This document shows, piece after piece, positions 14,334 to 28,271 of a stretch of DNA of 64,000 nt. How positions within the stretch are numbered: the first letter of the stretch is position 1; the number at the start of each line of letters is the position of its first letter. This DNA is from the human T2T-CHM13v2.0 reference genome, Homo sapiens, in NCBI RefSeq assembly GCF_009914755.1, contig NC_060927.1. One strand, 5' to 3'. The notes under the pieces were generated by a model, which did not search any database, had not been told where the DNA came from, and saw only the letters and a list, made by a program, of their open reading frames with translations. The translations under genes were made by a program, and so were the position numbers.

Positions 14334-16098
14334 AAGAGCTAATTGAATATCTTCAGGGTAATCACTCCCCTCTAATAGGGGGAGAACTAACTCTGGTAAC
14401 TTAAAGGTTATTTTCTTCCCTTATTGTGCCTAAGCCAAAGTGGCTTTCTGATCTCTGTCTTGTTTCTGCATAAAAAGAACAAAAAGTCATTTTAATGTGC
14501 AGGAGACGTTCTCATTCTACCTGTGAAAAATAGTATCAAAATGATAACTCACTTAGTTTGGGGCTTAGTGCTTTAAGGATGGTAGCTCCAAGAGGCCTTG
14601 GCATATAACATTCCTACCCTCGATTTTGAATTCAAAATTCAGATTGAAGTGGCTCAAAGCAAAGTATTATTTTTCTCCATTCTATAATTAGCCATCGCCA
14701 ATAGCTAGTTGTCTAGCTGTTAATTCCTGTTTATATCCTGTAGTTCTTCAGCACATGCAGAATTGCTCTCACAAATCAGGGAGCGGAAGACAGACATCAT
14801 GTGAAACAGAGGGGAATGTGATTGGCTTGTTGAGCCAGAAAGATCAGGCCTCTGAACAAGTGGTCTCTGATTAACTCTGAATTCTGACTGATTGGAGGTG
14901 TTTCACACATCAACAAATTCCACTGATGTTTCTATCGTCCACCGTTTGTTTGTTTGCATCACTATGCCCAGCCATCCCACCACTCAAGCTTTGGTTTCAT
15001 GAAAAAAGCAAAACATTAAAAAGTTTAAAATGTGTTTCTGCTATCATGCCACCTCCCTGCAAACACCAGTCATTTTCTTAGCAGAGTAAAAACTAGGTTA
15101 ATTATGGCAGCCTATGCCAGAGGTGACCTGGCAGGAATCCCACCCTCCATGCTTTTTGTTGGTTGTCTTTGTCTTAGGGTTTTTGCAAGAATTAAATAAA
15201 ATAATTTGCATATGTAAAGCGCTTAACATGGTGCCATGCGCAATGAATATTAGTTCATTTAATTATTTTCATAATCCTGTGGAAAAAGTTATTTTCCCTT
15301 TGTATGACATAAGAACAGGCAGCTGAATGAATATTTGTTGAATGAAGATTATCTAGACCAATGGTTTCCGAAATTTCGGATTTCAAGGCTCATTAAAACT
15401 AAAAAGGAAATTGGGATTGATGCAGGGCTGCTTTTTATTTTTCTAAGCTGAGGCATGTGAAAATTAATTTCCAGTTACTAGCAACAATATGGTGTTACAA
15501 ACAAAAGAAGTTGTACAGCAGATATAATATAGAATTAAAACAGAATAGATTTAACTTATGGAAAGGCATGTCTTTTCTCCTGTTTTTCTTGATTTGCTGA
15601 GGAATGGTGGAAGTAAGGTGGTCTGGCAGAGGACACGAACTCACATTTAGAAATCTCTAATCCCATCCAAACCTTTGCCTCCATAAACCGTCTGAGCCAA
15701 GTGGTTGTTGCTCCTAATTTTAGGGATCCTTGGGCATGAAGATTTCACAGTCTTCCTGGCAGCTTCTTCTAAAGTTTAATCATGCTTAAGTTATGTTTGA
15801 GCCTGAGCCGCCCGGAGGATTGAATCCAAGCAATGAAGAAAAAGCAGCCTGACCTGTCTGCCTTCTGGGTGGGCTGTGCCTTCTGAGGTGTTCACATGTA
15901 TAATCAAATCTCCTTGTGGTCATTCAGATTTGAAGATGAGCCTCACTCAGAGCAAGCACTCCTAGAATTAAAAAGAAAAAAAGTAAGCAATATGTGACTC
16001 TAACTGAAGGCTTTTTGCCCATTCTCTCTGGAAACATATAAGAATTCTGGAATTTGAGTCTATATAATATCATCCTTATGTCAAGTCATGAGATCTTC

Positions 16099-16152
16099 AA
16101 TCAGAATAAATATGAAATTACAGTAAATATGAAATCAGAGTAAATATGAAAT
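16099..16152. repeat. 17-bp tandem repeat x3
   Basis: aatcagaataaatatga / aattacagtaaatatga / aatcagagtaaatatga. Confidence 0.85.
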
Positions 16153-16326
16153 ATGTCATGGTCTGGTATACCTCAACATAAAACCCCATACAGCCATTTG
16201 AGCCACTGGGGACATTTTACTTTTCATAGAAATTTCTGGGCCTCATAAAAGGACTTTTCATGTAAAGTAGTTATAATAAAATGAAGTCAGACTCTCTCCA
16301 CTTGACATTTGTCACAATCATTGCAA

Positions 16327-16928
16327 TGATATAGTTTGGGTATTTGTCCCCTCCAAATCTGATGTTGAAAATGGATCCCCAAAGTTGGACGTGGGGCCTA
16401 TTAGGAGGTGTTTGGCCCAGTGGGACAGATCCCTCATGAATGGCTTAATGGCCTTCTCATGATTAAGTTCTCACTCTTAGTTCCTGTGAGATCTGGTTAT
16501 TGAAAAGAGTCCGGCACCTCCTTTCTCTCTCTCTCACTTCTGCTCTCACCATGTAACACACTGGCTCCCCTTCCCCTTCTGCCATGATTGGAAGCTTCCT
16601 GAAGCTCTTACCAGAAGCAGATGCTAGCACCGTGCTGCTTGTACAGCCTACAGAGCTGTGAGCCAAATAAACCCATTTTCTTTAGAAATTACCTGGCCTT
16701 GGGTATTCGCAGGGGTTTCCAATCTTTTGGCTTCCCTGGGCCACACATAAAATACACTAATGGTAGCTGATAAGCGAAAAAAAATTGCAAAAAAAAAAAC
16801 AAAACTCATAATGTTTTGAGAAAGTTTACGAATTTGTGCTGGGTCGCATTTAAAGCTGTCCCGAGCTGCATGCATCCCATGGGCTGCGAGTTGGACAAGC
16901 TTACTTTATTGCAACACAGACTAAGATA
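16327..16928 (+). mobile_element. MSTB-like MaLR solo LTR interrupted by MER30
   Basis: tgatatagtttgggtatttgtcccctccaaatc start; gtgagccaaataaacc; end gcaacacagactaagata. Confidence 0.85.
16710..16903. mobile_element. MER30 DNA transposon (internally deleted), nested in the MST LTR
   Basis: caggggtttccaatcttttggcttccctgggccaca ... gagaaagtttacgaatttgtg ... ttggacaagctt. Confidence 0.85.
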
Positions 16929-17794
16929 TGCAAGGATCTGAAGTTTGTTGCTACTCAAAATGTTCAGTAGTAATCTGGGAGGCTATATATTCCCTTTGGG
17001 GCAGGGTCAAGTAAAATAGGGGGACTGACTTTATTTGTTAAGAAGATTAATTCATGTTACAGATAAGTTCCACGATGGGGCTGAATTTTCTTTATCCTTT
17101 TAAAATAAAAGCACATTACCAAAAATCCATCATTTTTTTTTTGTTTCTTTTAAGTTGGGTCTATACAAGGCAGCTAGTTACAGAATATGTTTCATTATTT
17201 GCACCCATTTGGTGTCTACATACAGCCTGAGAATGGTGAGAAGATTCGAGAGAACATGAATTTAACTTGAAGTAAATTTAGAGGACAATCAAAGGAATTA
17301 TTCTAAGACTCTTCCTGATATAACAAATCAATAGGAATTTTGAAGTAAAAGTTGGGCTAAGGCTTTCTTACATTTAGTGTCTTTTTAAATCATGTTTTAC
17401 AGTCATTTACCCTTCAGTCCTTACCTAAGATGACATCTTTTCTGTAGCCTCCAATCAGGCAGATGATTCAACAGAACAGTTGAAATTTTTATTATACTAG
17501 AAAGCTTCAACATGTGGGTTCACTGTATCTGAATGTGAACAGAAAACAACATTATAAAATATCAACCTGTAGTCTCAATCATCAGGATATTTACATATTT
17601 TAGTGTTTTTTAAAAAACCACCTTAAAATGAGTCTAATGGATTTCTATACACACATATAGACACAGACATTCATGCCATTAACCTGGGAATTGCCAAAAG
17701 CACACTCCCCATTGTGACTAAATGTTACCACTATATTAAAATGTTTTCTAGTTCTGAATCAATAAAGAAAGGCTTATGTTAAAAAAAAAAATGC

Positions 17795-18188
<394 letters not shown>

Positions 18189-19829
18189 TCACTCCTCAGA
18201 AAAGGGAGTGTGCTTTGGAGAAGGCAGAAAGACATTGTTCTGTGGGGGGATTTCTCTTTATCCAGGTGACTCTTTGCAATAAATTTTGAAAACTAAAATT
18301 AAACAGTAAATGTAGATTCCCTCTATGATATGTGGGTGTTTTGAGTAAAGTCCCAATTGTGCCCTTTGTCCTCCTCCCTCAGAAAATACAATCTTTAAAT
18401 AAACATGGAAGGGCCCAAGACTGTACGAATTCACTCAATAGTACTCTTGCCAAAAGGAAGATGTATCACTGTTAAAATAGAAATGGCTGTAGTGGGCTTT
18501 CACAATCTAATGCCCCTGCTTTTAGCAAATTCAAGAAACTAGGACATTACTGGGTCCATATACTATCAAGGGATTCTCTTTTGAATACAAAGCACAGCCT
18601 AGACTGCATGAAGGACATCTGAGAAGGCCACAGAAACACTGAGCAGGGAGAATGGCGGTAGTGTTTAAAGGAAACCTTCACTGGAGTGACTGGAAACCGG
18701 GGCCATGTAAGGATAATGCTTTCCAGGATGGTTTAAACAATCATCCTCAAAGGTGCAACTCTCCAAGTGAGTATGGACCATGTCTCCCTAATGCTGTGTC
18801 TTTGCTAATGTATTACAGCATTAGTGCTATTTATAATCAATAAAATTACTAACACTGTAATCATGTGGGTTTGGTGATAGTAATTATGACAGAATAAACA
18901 GTAGTAATAAACAGCAGTCAGAATGCCTTTGCTGCAGTTCTTGATGTTGATGGCAAACACAGCCAAGGAAGGTTGGTTTTGTTTGTTTTTTCCTTTTTTA
19001 GGGAAGCCATCCAAGCGGGCAGAACCTGCAAGTGTTGGCCAGGAGAACGGTTTTATATACCTTTTAAAATTAGGCTTCCTGAAAGGAGATGTCACAAAGA
19101 TTCATTGGCTAAGATTTATAAATAGTTCACTTATTTTAAAAAATAATCACATATATGTTTCTGTAAATTATACTTGCAAACATATGGTCACCATTCCCCC
19201 TCGTGGAAAGGCTGTGGCTAATCCATATTTGGAGCTGACACCCTTTCTGGGTTCCCTCTTTAGCCAGATCACGCACATTTGCTGCTGCCCCACCGAAGCG
19301 CCTGCGCATTAGAGTTCCTTCTGTACTACTCTGAGCAGTTCCTTATGCGTCTGTTACCACTGACGTTGGGTAAAAAATAACATCCAGAGGCTTTACTATC
19401 TATAATTAAGAGCTCCAGTGCTACTAGTGATATAAGGATTGAGCTGTTTGAGAAACAGACATTTTATCTTCTGGTTGGTTTTATTTCCTTGTGTTAAATT
19501 ATGAGTGAATGTTTCTCTCGTTTCTTACTTTCCCTATAAGTAGTCTTTTCTACAGCAAAATTACTACTCATTCTTAATAACTACCAGGCAATAAAGTGAG
19601 CTGTCTATTTGAGAGACAGTGGGTGTGCATTCCAACTATTCCATTCATCGTGTTTGCAGGACAGCAACGGGGAGGGATTTCTGGGGCCTCTGGAGAGGGT
19701 GGCTTAAAAGACTACAGGAAGTTAGTATCAATGTTTTGCTTCTTGATGGAAGAGAGCTTCATGATAGCTCTGGGATTGAATAGGCAAAGGCAAATAAAAT
19801 AAAATCAATCGCCTTACAGTTAAGAGCTC

Positions 19830-20640
19830 TGTTAAACAGAGCACTTGTTTGAGCTTGTTTTTAAAAGTCCATGCCCTTTGACTCAGCAGTGAACATTTCT
19901 AGAGATTTATCTTAAGGAAATAACCAGATCAGCAATGAGCATTTCTAGAGATTTGTCTTAAGGAAATAACTAGATCCACGGCAGAGATGTGCATTCAAGG
20001 ATATTGTCCACATCATTGTTTATCAGAGTCCCTATCTTGGCTCAGAACAGGAGAGATTAGGACTTGTCTGGATACAGGTAGTTTATTTCCAACATGATCC
20101 TGGGAAGCAGGAGGGAGAGAGTAGGGAAGAGGGAAAAGCAAACTTAGTGAGGCTGATGCCTTGGGCTGCTGGGACTCAACTCCACAGCGCCCTCTCGCGA
20201 AACACTCACAAGGTCTCCTGAAGCATTTATTCACCAGTCCGTCCCCACTGGTTTAAGGTTGTCTAGGAGCAAGGAGAAAGACTCTCCTTTGCCTCAAGGC
20301 TCTTTAGCATCGGAAAAGCCCCTTTGCTAGCTTTTCCATGTGAGTCTGAGCTCTCATGACCATGTTCATTGCAGCTATGGCTGAAACCAGAGGCAGACCA
20401 AAGAACACAACCCTGGGAACCCGAGGCGTCCATTATAAGCCGAACTGGAAACACCCAGAAGATCCACTCACTGGAAACTGTTTAAATAATTCTTATAGAT
20501 ACACACAGCAGAGGGTTTTGTAGTCATCGGCAATTATGACGTCTGTATTTATTTATGGACATAAAGAGGCATGTGCCAACAAAAAAAGCATGTTACAAAG
20601 CAGGATATATACTATTTTTTAAAATCTATAAATGTACAGA
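19830..20640 (+). mobile_element. Old L1M 3' fragment interrupted by an ERVL-type (LTR33-like) LTR at about 20020-20440
   Basis: atgccctttgactcagcag ... aaggatattg...cattgtttat and resumption ctggaaacacccagaagatcc; intervening caggtagtttatttccaacatgatcctgggaagcaggag. Confidence 0.5.
19883..19976. repeat. 46-bp tandem duplication
   Basis: tcagca(g/a)tga(a/g)catttctagagattt(a/g)tcttaaggaaataac(c/t)aga twice in tandem. Confidence 0.9.
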
Positions 20641-23600
20641 TGTACCGCAGGTTATGAAACACACAACAGATACAAAATTGTTTTATGCAAATTGCTCCAT
20701 AAGGTACATAATTTAATTTTAGAGATGTGGACATTTGTACATCCAGTGCAAGGCTAAATGTGGGAAATGCACTTCAGAGCTCCACAGCCCCTTCCCCATC
20801 CCCCTCACTGGGTCCTCACCTGTCTCCATTACCTGCTGTGATCTCTGTGTGTCAGCCACGCTAATTCCATGTTGTTTGTGTCATTTCGCCTTTACTGCCT
20901 TCTAATTTCAACTGGAAAGTGCTGATAAGGACAGAGGCTAGCAGTCTATTTGAAGGCGTAAAGGGAAAGATACAGCACCCCTAGTACAAAGTTGGTGGCT
21001 AGGCATGGGTGGCTCAATAATTTCAAAGACCTTGTCTTTTTTTTTTTTTTTAAATCATTTTAAAAAGGAACTGTAACACCATGAATGGTGATACAAAAAG
21101 CCGCAGAAGCAAATCGAAAGCATTTCAATGTATATGAAATATGATTTACTTAAGACCTTTGAAAAACAGATGATTGTATAAATTGCATAAGTTGGAAGAT
21201 GTCTCTATTCCCTAGGAAAAGTGATTTTCTCTGGATGGTGGAATTTCAAATTATATTTCTTTGTTGGCATTTTCCCAATATTTCTCAAAAATTATGTTAG
21301 TTAAGAAAGCATGATGATGACAGAGACAGGGATGAAAGACACAGCATCTTTTTAGTCACTTGCAGTTATTGTGGGAAATTTCCATTAATAAACACAAAGA
21401 GGCCGTTCCAGAGCATCTATGTAGGGATCTGTTGGAAGGAGCAAGCTGAAGCTGTGTTTCATAGCACTTTAGATGAAACAGAAAATGGCAATTCTGATTG
21501 TCTATGTTATCAATGAAGGAGAGTGGCTTATAGAGATTATGGACAAAGCTCCTCCTCGCCACCCCCTTCAATCCCTGACATCTCCTCTAGCCGTCCTAAA
21601 AGGTGACGCCCAGGTGACCTTGCACGCGGCAAGTGTCTGGCTGGAATCTCACCTCTTTCCATGATAACACAAAACCAGCCTTTTGACCTCATAGCAGAGC
21701 AAGGCCAGGTGGTCTGGAACATGGTTAGCCACAAGCTGACTTTCTAACCAGCCTATTTTTTCCCGACAACACTGGGCAGTTTAGTGAGTCAGATGGTGAT
21801 TCCCTACATGCGAACTGTTTTTCTATGTAAAATAAATGCCAGCTGTTTCTAGCTGTTGATTATGGGTCGTCCTTTAGGAACACTCTTTCTGGTTACTTTT
21901 TAAAACTAGATAGTATCTTACATCTTTAGAATACAATCACAATTATTTCCTAATTATTTTTAAATGATGCTATTTAAAAAGTGCCATGTAGTTAAAAAAT
22001 GTGTATGTGCCCTAGCTGAATGAAGCTGTAATAAATCCTGTGAATTGAATAAATATTTAGACTTTTCAGTGCATTAAAAAATGAAGGTTGATGGGCACTG
22101 AGAAGAACGGGGACATTATTTAAATGTTATGCATTTTCATGGAAGAAATAGTTTGGTTGTTGTCCTCCCTTTCTTCAAAGCAATGATTTTCGGGCTTGGA
22201 TTTTCAACACCCCATGCACTCACCAATTATCCCGAGGGAGGCCACAGAATTGCCATTGCCTTGTGTTCAGCTCATCGCATTCATTGATTTAATCCACCTG
22301 GACATTTTTCAAAGCCAGTAATTGAAAATGTAGCCTGACAGGTTAGCAGGAGTGGCAGGGCCTGGGCGGCAGGGGTGGAGTGGAGGAGGGTAGCTACTTT
22401 CTCATCAGCAACTGTAGCAGGTGCATCAGATGCTAGCACCCAAAATGCTGACCCAGGGGCTACCCAGAGACCACAGGACAGAAGACAGGTGCATCCCTTC
22501 TGGGCAGTGACCGGCCTCAGAGGAGAGCTCAGAGGCAGGTGAGTGGTAGGAGACTCATGTCCCAAAAGCACCCAGTTTGCCACAAATCCAATAAGGTTCA
22601 AAAGCAACAATGTTACAGAGGCCATGTGTTATTTTTTTCCTTTTCTTTTCTTCATTACCTGAAATTCTTTTGTGTGTGTGTGAGATGGACTGTTTCAAGC
22701 TCAGCTAATCCAGATCTATTTCTATGCATCCATTATTATTGTTGGTAGCAGTAATGGGATTTTAAAATATTAACGGATGTTTCCACCTCTCTGCAGTGTT
22801 TTCTGCCGCTGTCTCCATTCCTTCAGGTATCCAGGCAATTGTGTGCTCATTATCTCAGGAAGGATGTGATTCTGTGGGAAGCAGGGGAGAGAGAAGTGTG
22901 AGCAAGCCGAACCTCAGGCCTCAGGGGAAATTGTGAGGGCTTTGAGGAAAAACAAAATATTTGGGAAGAAGGATATTATAAGGGAAGCAAGGCTCCTCTG
23001 AGGACTGGAAGGGATTTCCCAGACTAGATGAGGAGGCCAAAGAGCAGAGGACAGGTGTTTCCTTCCTGTTAATACCTAGCTAGCCCTAGAGATGATCTTA
23101 GAATGAAGTGACAGATGAGAAAAGCTGACTGAGCCCAGGGACAGGAAGACCCCAGAGAGGGACTTCAGAGAGAATATAGGAAGAGGGGCTGTAGATAGCC
23201 TCACAGGAGCCTGTGCACCTCCAAGGAGGCATAGACACAGCAGGGAGGTGGTGGGGCCTAAACGTGCCATTTGGACAGAAAGAAAGGATGTCACTTGCAG
23301 CCTGTTGTGGATCAACAACTGAGGGCAAGTGGATGCCCCAGCAGACATCTGTGTGGAGAGATGACCCTGGCAACCAGGTGCCCCCGACTCCTACCACATC
23401 CACACCCTGGGACTCTGTGAACCCCCAGAATTCCACAGGAAGGAAACACAAGAGTGACTGAGATTGAGTTTCTAGGCTTAAAATAGACATTAAGTTTAGT
23501 GGTAGAAAGTTTACATTTTTTTGTACATTTGAATTATGAATAAGATTCATGTCACCTAGTGTTATTTGTCCTTACCATATGGTGTGGATGTTAGAATTAT

Positions 23601-24833
23601 GAAACCTATCATTATAGATTTCACTGTTTCAAAACATTTCCATGCACTTTAAAAAAAGTGATCTCCTCCAAAAGTGTGTGAGGTTTGGAGGAAGGCTATT
23701 ATCCTTACAAGCGAGATGAGGATGCTGGAAGACAGGGAGAGAGGTGAAGGAATTTGTTTAACATCGCACAGCTGGCATCCACATCCTGTTTCACGAGACC
23801 CTTTTAAATCCATCCTACCACCATCTTCTCCCACCACCTACCACTTCTTGTACCCCTTCCCTACCATAGAAATAACACATTTCACATCCTTTTTAGCATA
23901 GCAAATCTTTTTAAAGATTTTGCAGTCTTTTAAAACAAATCAAATGGTGTATTTGAAATAAAACCAAGGCATCAAGGCAATGGAACAAAGCACTGCTCTG
24001 CTTTCAAAGCCCGTTTCACCTACCCCCACAGCTCTTAAGTTAGTATTACCACATTAGTAAGTCTCCAGAGACTTTGGAGATCACCTGCTACAGTCCCCTT
24101 CCACCTAGAATGAGAAAGGTAGTCATTGTTCAAGGCCACACAGCCAGGCAGGGGCAAACTGAGGGGGCAATAAAACCTGGCCTCCTTATCCGCTGTTCAA
24201 TACTCTTTCCTATACACAAGATTTCAAGTTAGCTTGAGCAAAAATAAGTTCAAACTTTGATGAATTTAGCAATGTTCCCCAAACTCTATTTGTAAAAAAT
24301 AGCCCTTTAACCAAAAAAAAAAAAAAAAAAAAAAGTTGGCATATAATGCTCTCTTTACTTGAGATGCTTTAAAAATTTCTTCTGTAGAAAAAAGTAGTCA
24401 CGATAAATTTCTCATATTGAAAATGTCAAGCTCTATTTGTTATATGATGATGTCAGTGACTATAAAATATGAATTTCTGCTTGAGGATAGAAACTCTACA
24501 AAGATTTGGATTCTAATATCTGTTGAGATATGAGTGATAACTAGGAAGTTGCTTTGCTTGAGTTGTTTTGAAATAGTTGTTATGACTGTCATTGTTCATT
24601 GCGAGTCTGTATATGTGCATGTCTGAAACAGAGATTGCAGTTGCTGATATTTGTACTCATATTTGTCACTGTCACCAAACTCCAAAACGGATATTGCCAA
24701 AGGGTTTCATTCTCATGCAAGACCTTGTGGCTGACAATGGGCAGGACAGAAAACTAATATTTGTTGAGTATCTACTATGTGTGGGACCATACCAGGAAGA
24801 CAGGGAACTTCTACTTCTGTAGAAAATTGGCAG

Positions 24834-25633
24834 AGCTGAACAAACATTTAAAAAATTGCTCAACATCACCAATGATCAGAGCAATGCACATCAAAACCAC
24901 AATGTGATACCACCTTTACTCCGGCAAGAATGGCCATAATCAAAAAATCAAAAAATTATAGACGTTGGTGTGGATGCAGTGAAAAGGGAACACTTCTACA
25001 TTGCTCGTGGGAATGTAAACTAGTACAATCACTATGGAAAACAGTGTGGAGATTCCTTTAAGAACTAACAGTAGAAGTACTGTTTGATCCAGCAATCCTG
25101 CTACTGGGTATCTACCCAGAGGAAAAGAAGTCATTATATGAAAAAGATACTTGCACACGCATGTTTATAGCAGCACAATTCGCAATTGTAAAAATATGAA
25201 ACCACCCCAAATGCCCATCAATCAAAGAGTGGCTAAAGAAATGTGGTATATATATACGATGGAATACTACTCAGCCATAAAAAGGAATGAATTAATGGCA
25301 TTTGCAGCAACCTGGATGGAACTAGAGGCTAATATTCTAAGTGAAGTAACTCAGGAATGGAAAACCAAACATCGTATTTTCTCACTCATAAGTGGGAGCT
25401 AAGCTATGAGGAAGCAAAGGCATAAGAATGATACAATGAACTTTGGGGACTCAGAGGGAAAGGGTGGGAAGGCGGTGAGGGATAAAAGACTACAAACTGG
25501 GTTCAGTGTATACTGCTTGGGTGATGGGTACACCAAAATCTCACAAATCACTATTAAATAATTTACTCATATAACCAAATACCACTTGTTCCCCCCAAAA
25601 CCTATGGAAATAAAAAATTTTAAAAAAATAAAA
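24834..25633 (+). mobile_element. L1PB1-like 5'-truncated LINE-1
   Basis: ORF2 C-terminal remnant (WYIYTMEYYSAIK) and L1PB 3' UTR (gggataaaagactacaaa ... cctatggaaataaaaa); 13-bp TSD agaaaattggcag at 24821-24833 and 25634-25646. Confidence 0.9.
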
Positions 25634-25689
25634 AGAAAATTGGCAGGCCTACAGTGGTTTGAAGATGCTATGACTAACTCACATGCCAT

Positions 25690-26070
25690 TTATCAATATA
25701 TCCATTCAACAGATAGTCTGCAAATATGCACTGGGCTCCTAGAATATTACAGGTATTGTTCTAGGTGCTTGGGATACAGCAGTGAACGAGGAGACAAGTT
25801 CCAATATCTCCTGGAGGTTACATTCCAGAGAGAAAATAAAAATAAAAAATAAGCAAATAAATGCACAAGCTAACTACTTTCTTTCTGCGTTGTGGTAAGC
25901 ATCTAATTGCATTGTATGTGGGTACTACTATATTCATTTAATGTTACAAATGAGTAAAATAAAGGAGAGAGAGGGTAAATAACTTGACCTAAGTTCTCAA
26001 AGCTCATGAGAGGCAGAGATGAAATACTAACTAGGGAAATCTTATTTCGGGGCTTATGTTCTTAACCACT
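25690..26070. mobile_element. L2 and MIR fragments
   Basis: aggtattgttctaggtgcttgggatacagcagtgaac (L2); ttacaaatgagtaaaat ... aacttgacctaagttctc (MIR, minus). Confidence 0.65.
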
Positions 26071-26077
26071 ATAAAAC

Positions 26078-26446
26078 TGCTGTAGCTTAAATGTTTGTGA
26101 CCTCTTTCCCCCAAATTTATATGTTGAAACCTAATCCCCAATGGTATGGTATTAGGAAATGGGGCCTTGGGAGGTGATTAGGTCATGAGGGTGGAAGCCT
26201 CATGAATGAGATTAGTACTCTCACGAAGAAGGTCCCAGAGAGTTTCTTTGATCCTTCTTCCATGGGAGGACACAGCAGAAAGACGGCTGTGTATGAACCA
26301 GGAAGAGGGCCCTCAACAGACACCCAATCTGCCAGTGCCTTGCTCTTGGACTTCCCACCCTCTAGAACCGTGAGAAATAAATTTTTGTTGTTTATAAGCT
26401 ACACAGTCTATGGTGTTCTGTTATAGAAGCCCAAATGGACTAAGAC
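26078..26446 (+). mobile_element. MLT1A0-type MaLR solo LTR
   Basis: tatgttgaaacctaatccccaatg ... gagaaataaatttttgttgtttataagc ... tggactaagaca. Confidence 0.9.
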
Positions 26447-26883
26447 AAAAAGTTTATTAAAAAACAACCTACTAAATGGTAGGACAGGTGAGGAAGACAG
26501 AAAATGATGATACTATGCAACAGTTAGTATACTTAGGTAAGCAAAGCTAGAGTAGGGGCATATAGGAAGGGCAACTCATCCAGAATAGAGGTGTCTGAAA
26601 AGGATTTCTGGAGAAGTTGAAGCCTGATCTGGGCCTTGAAGAATAAATGGAAATTAATGAGGACAGGGAAATGGAAAAGCATTGCAAACCATAGGCAACT
26701 TCAATGTCATGCTTCAGGTTGTGGTAGTGCCTTGGGGAGCTGTGAGACATGAGCGGAAAAGAAATCAAGAGCTAGATTCAGGAGGGCCTTGGGTACCACT
26801 TCAAGGAGGACTTTGGAGTTTTCCTCTAAAGATAATGGGAAGCTATTGGCTGATTTTAAGATATGATCCCATTTGCGTTTTAA

Positions 26884-27172
26884 TTTTTTTTTTGAGACAG
26901 AGTCTCCCTCTGTTGCCCAGGCTGGAGTGCAGTGGCCCCATCACAGCTCACCGCAACTTCCATCTCCTGGATTCAAATGTTTCTCTGCCTCAGTCTTTCA
27001 AGTAGCTGGGATTACAGGCGTGCATCACGACACCCAGCTAATTTTTGTATTTTTAGTAGAGACAGGGTTTCACCAGGTTGGCTAGGCTGGTCTTGAACTA
27101 CTGGCTTCAAGTGATCCGCCAGCCTCGGCCTCCCAGAGTGCTGGGATTACAGGTGTGAGCCCCTACCCCAGC
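26884..27172 (-). mobile_element. Alu (J/S) inserted in an L2 fragment
   Basis: Reverse-complement dimer; TSD cccatttgc(g/a)tttt. Confidence 0.9.
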
Positions 27173-28211
27173 CCCATTTGCATTTTCAGTAGTTCCCTGT
27201 GGGATCCTAATCCACTAGGTATTTGGAAGAGTTAAATATCTTTCTCTCCTACTCCCTAACCCCCAGCTCCCAGGAACAACTTGGGCCAGATCTTTGATAT
27301 TCACCCCAGACATCCTACCACCAGTAAAACATGCTACTATTGACATAAAGAAAAAGATTTCAGGCAATACTTATGAAATTATTTAAATTCTGGGTAAAAG
27401 ATGATTAATAGCCATAGTTATTCCTGAGTTTGATCTTGACTTAACGTTTGCTCCTAGTTTCAATTTAGCAAATTTTTATGGAGGGCCTTCTCTGTACCTA
27501 ACACTTTAAGATGCTGAATGGGCTTCTAAAGAAATACTGCATATAATTTAGTTCCTGTCCTCGACAAGACAGTTTTTCCTCTTTTGACAAAAATATACAA
27601 AGCAGCATGTGGGTCTTCACTTACATGTCATAAAACACCAGGACAGGAAGAAATCCCTGGATGAGGTTGTCATGGAGAAGAGGAGCCTCAGATGAACTTG
27701 GAAAGATTAGTCTCTCAGGATGTAAGAAGATACCAAAATGAATTATTTTCAGTAATCTCCATTTCTTCATGACTCAGACAGACTCAAATGTTAATTGTAC
27801 TTTGCACTGGAAAAATTAAACAGTGGATATAAAACCATGCAAACACTAGGACAACTAAATCTTTGTGCTTAACCATTTGTTCCTTGGGAAATCACCTTTT
27901 TATAATTAATTGTTATGGGAAACTGGGGGCAGGAACTGGCCTCTGAGAACAGCAAAATAAACTCTCTGAGGTGTGAAAATGAAATCTCCTTCTACTTTTA
28001 GCTTTGGAATTGTAGTGGACACAACAGAACTCCCCTGGGTGTTGGCAGAGGCTTGTCATGAGCACTCTTGGGCAAGCTTGAAAAATTAGCTAAGAAGTGT
28101 TTTGAGGAAAGTCAGTTTGAATATTCACCATTATGTAGATTATAAATTTGGTAAAGGCTCTTAAACAATTGTCATCTTTACTGACAGCAATGTCTTTTGA
28201 TTAAAAAAAAA

Positions 28212-28271
28212 ATATATATATATACACACACATATCCACATATATACACACACATACACACATATGTATAT
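28212..28271. repeat. (TA)n/(CA)n compound microsatellite
   Basis: Direct reading. Confidence 0.85.
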
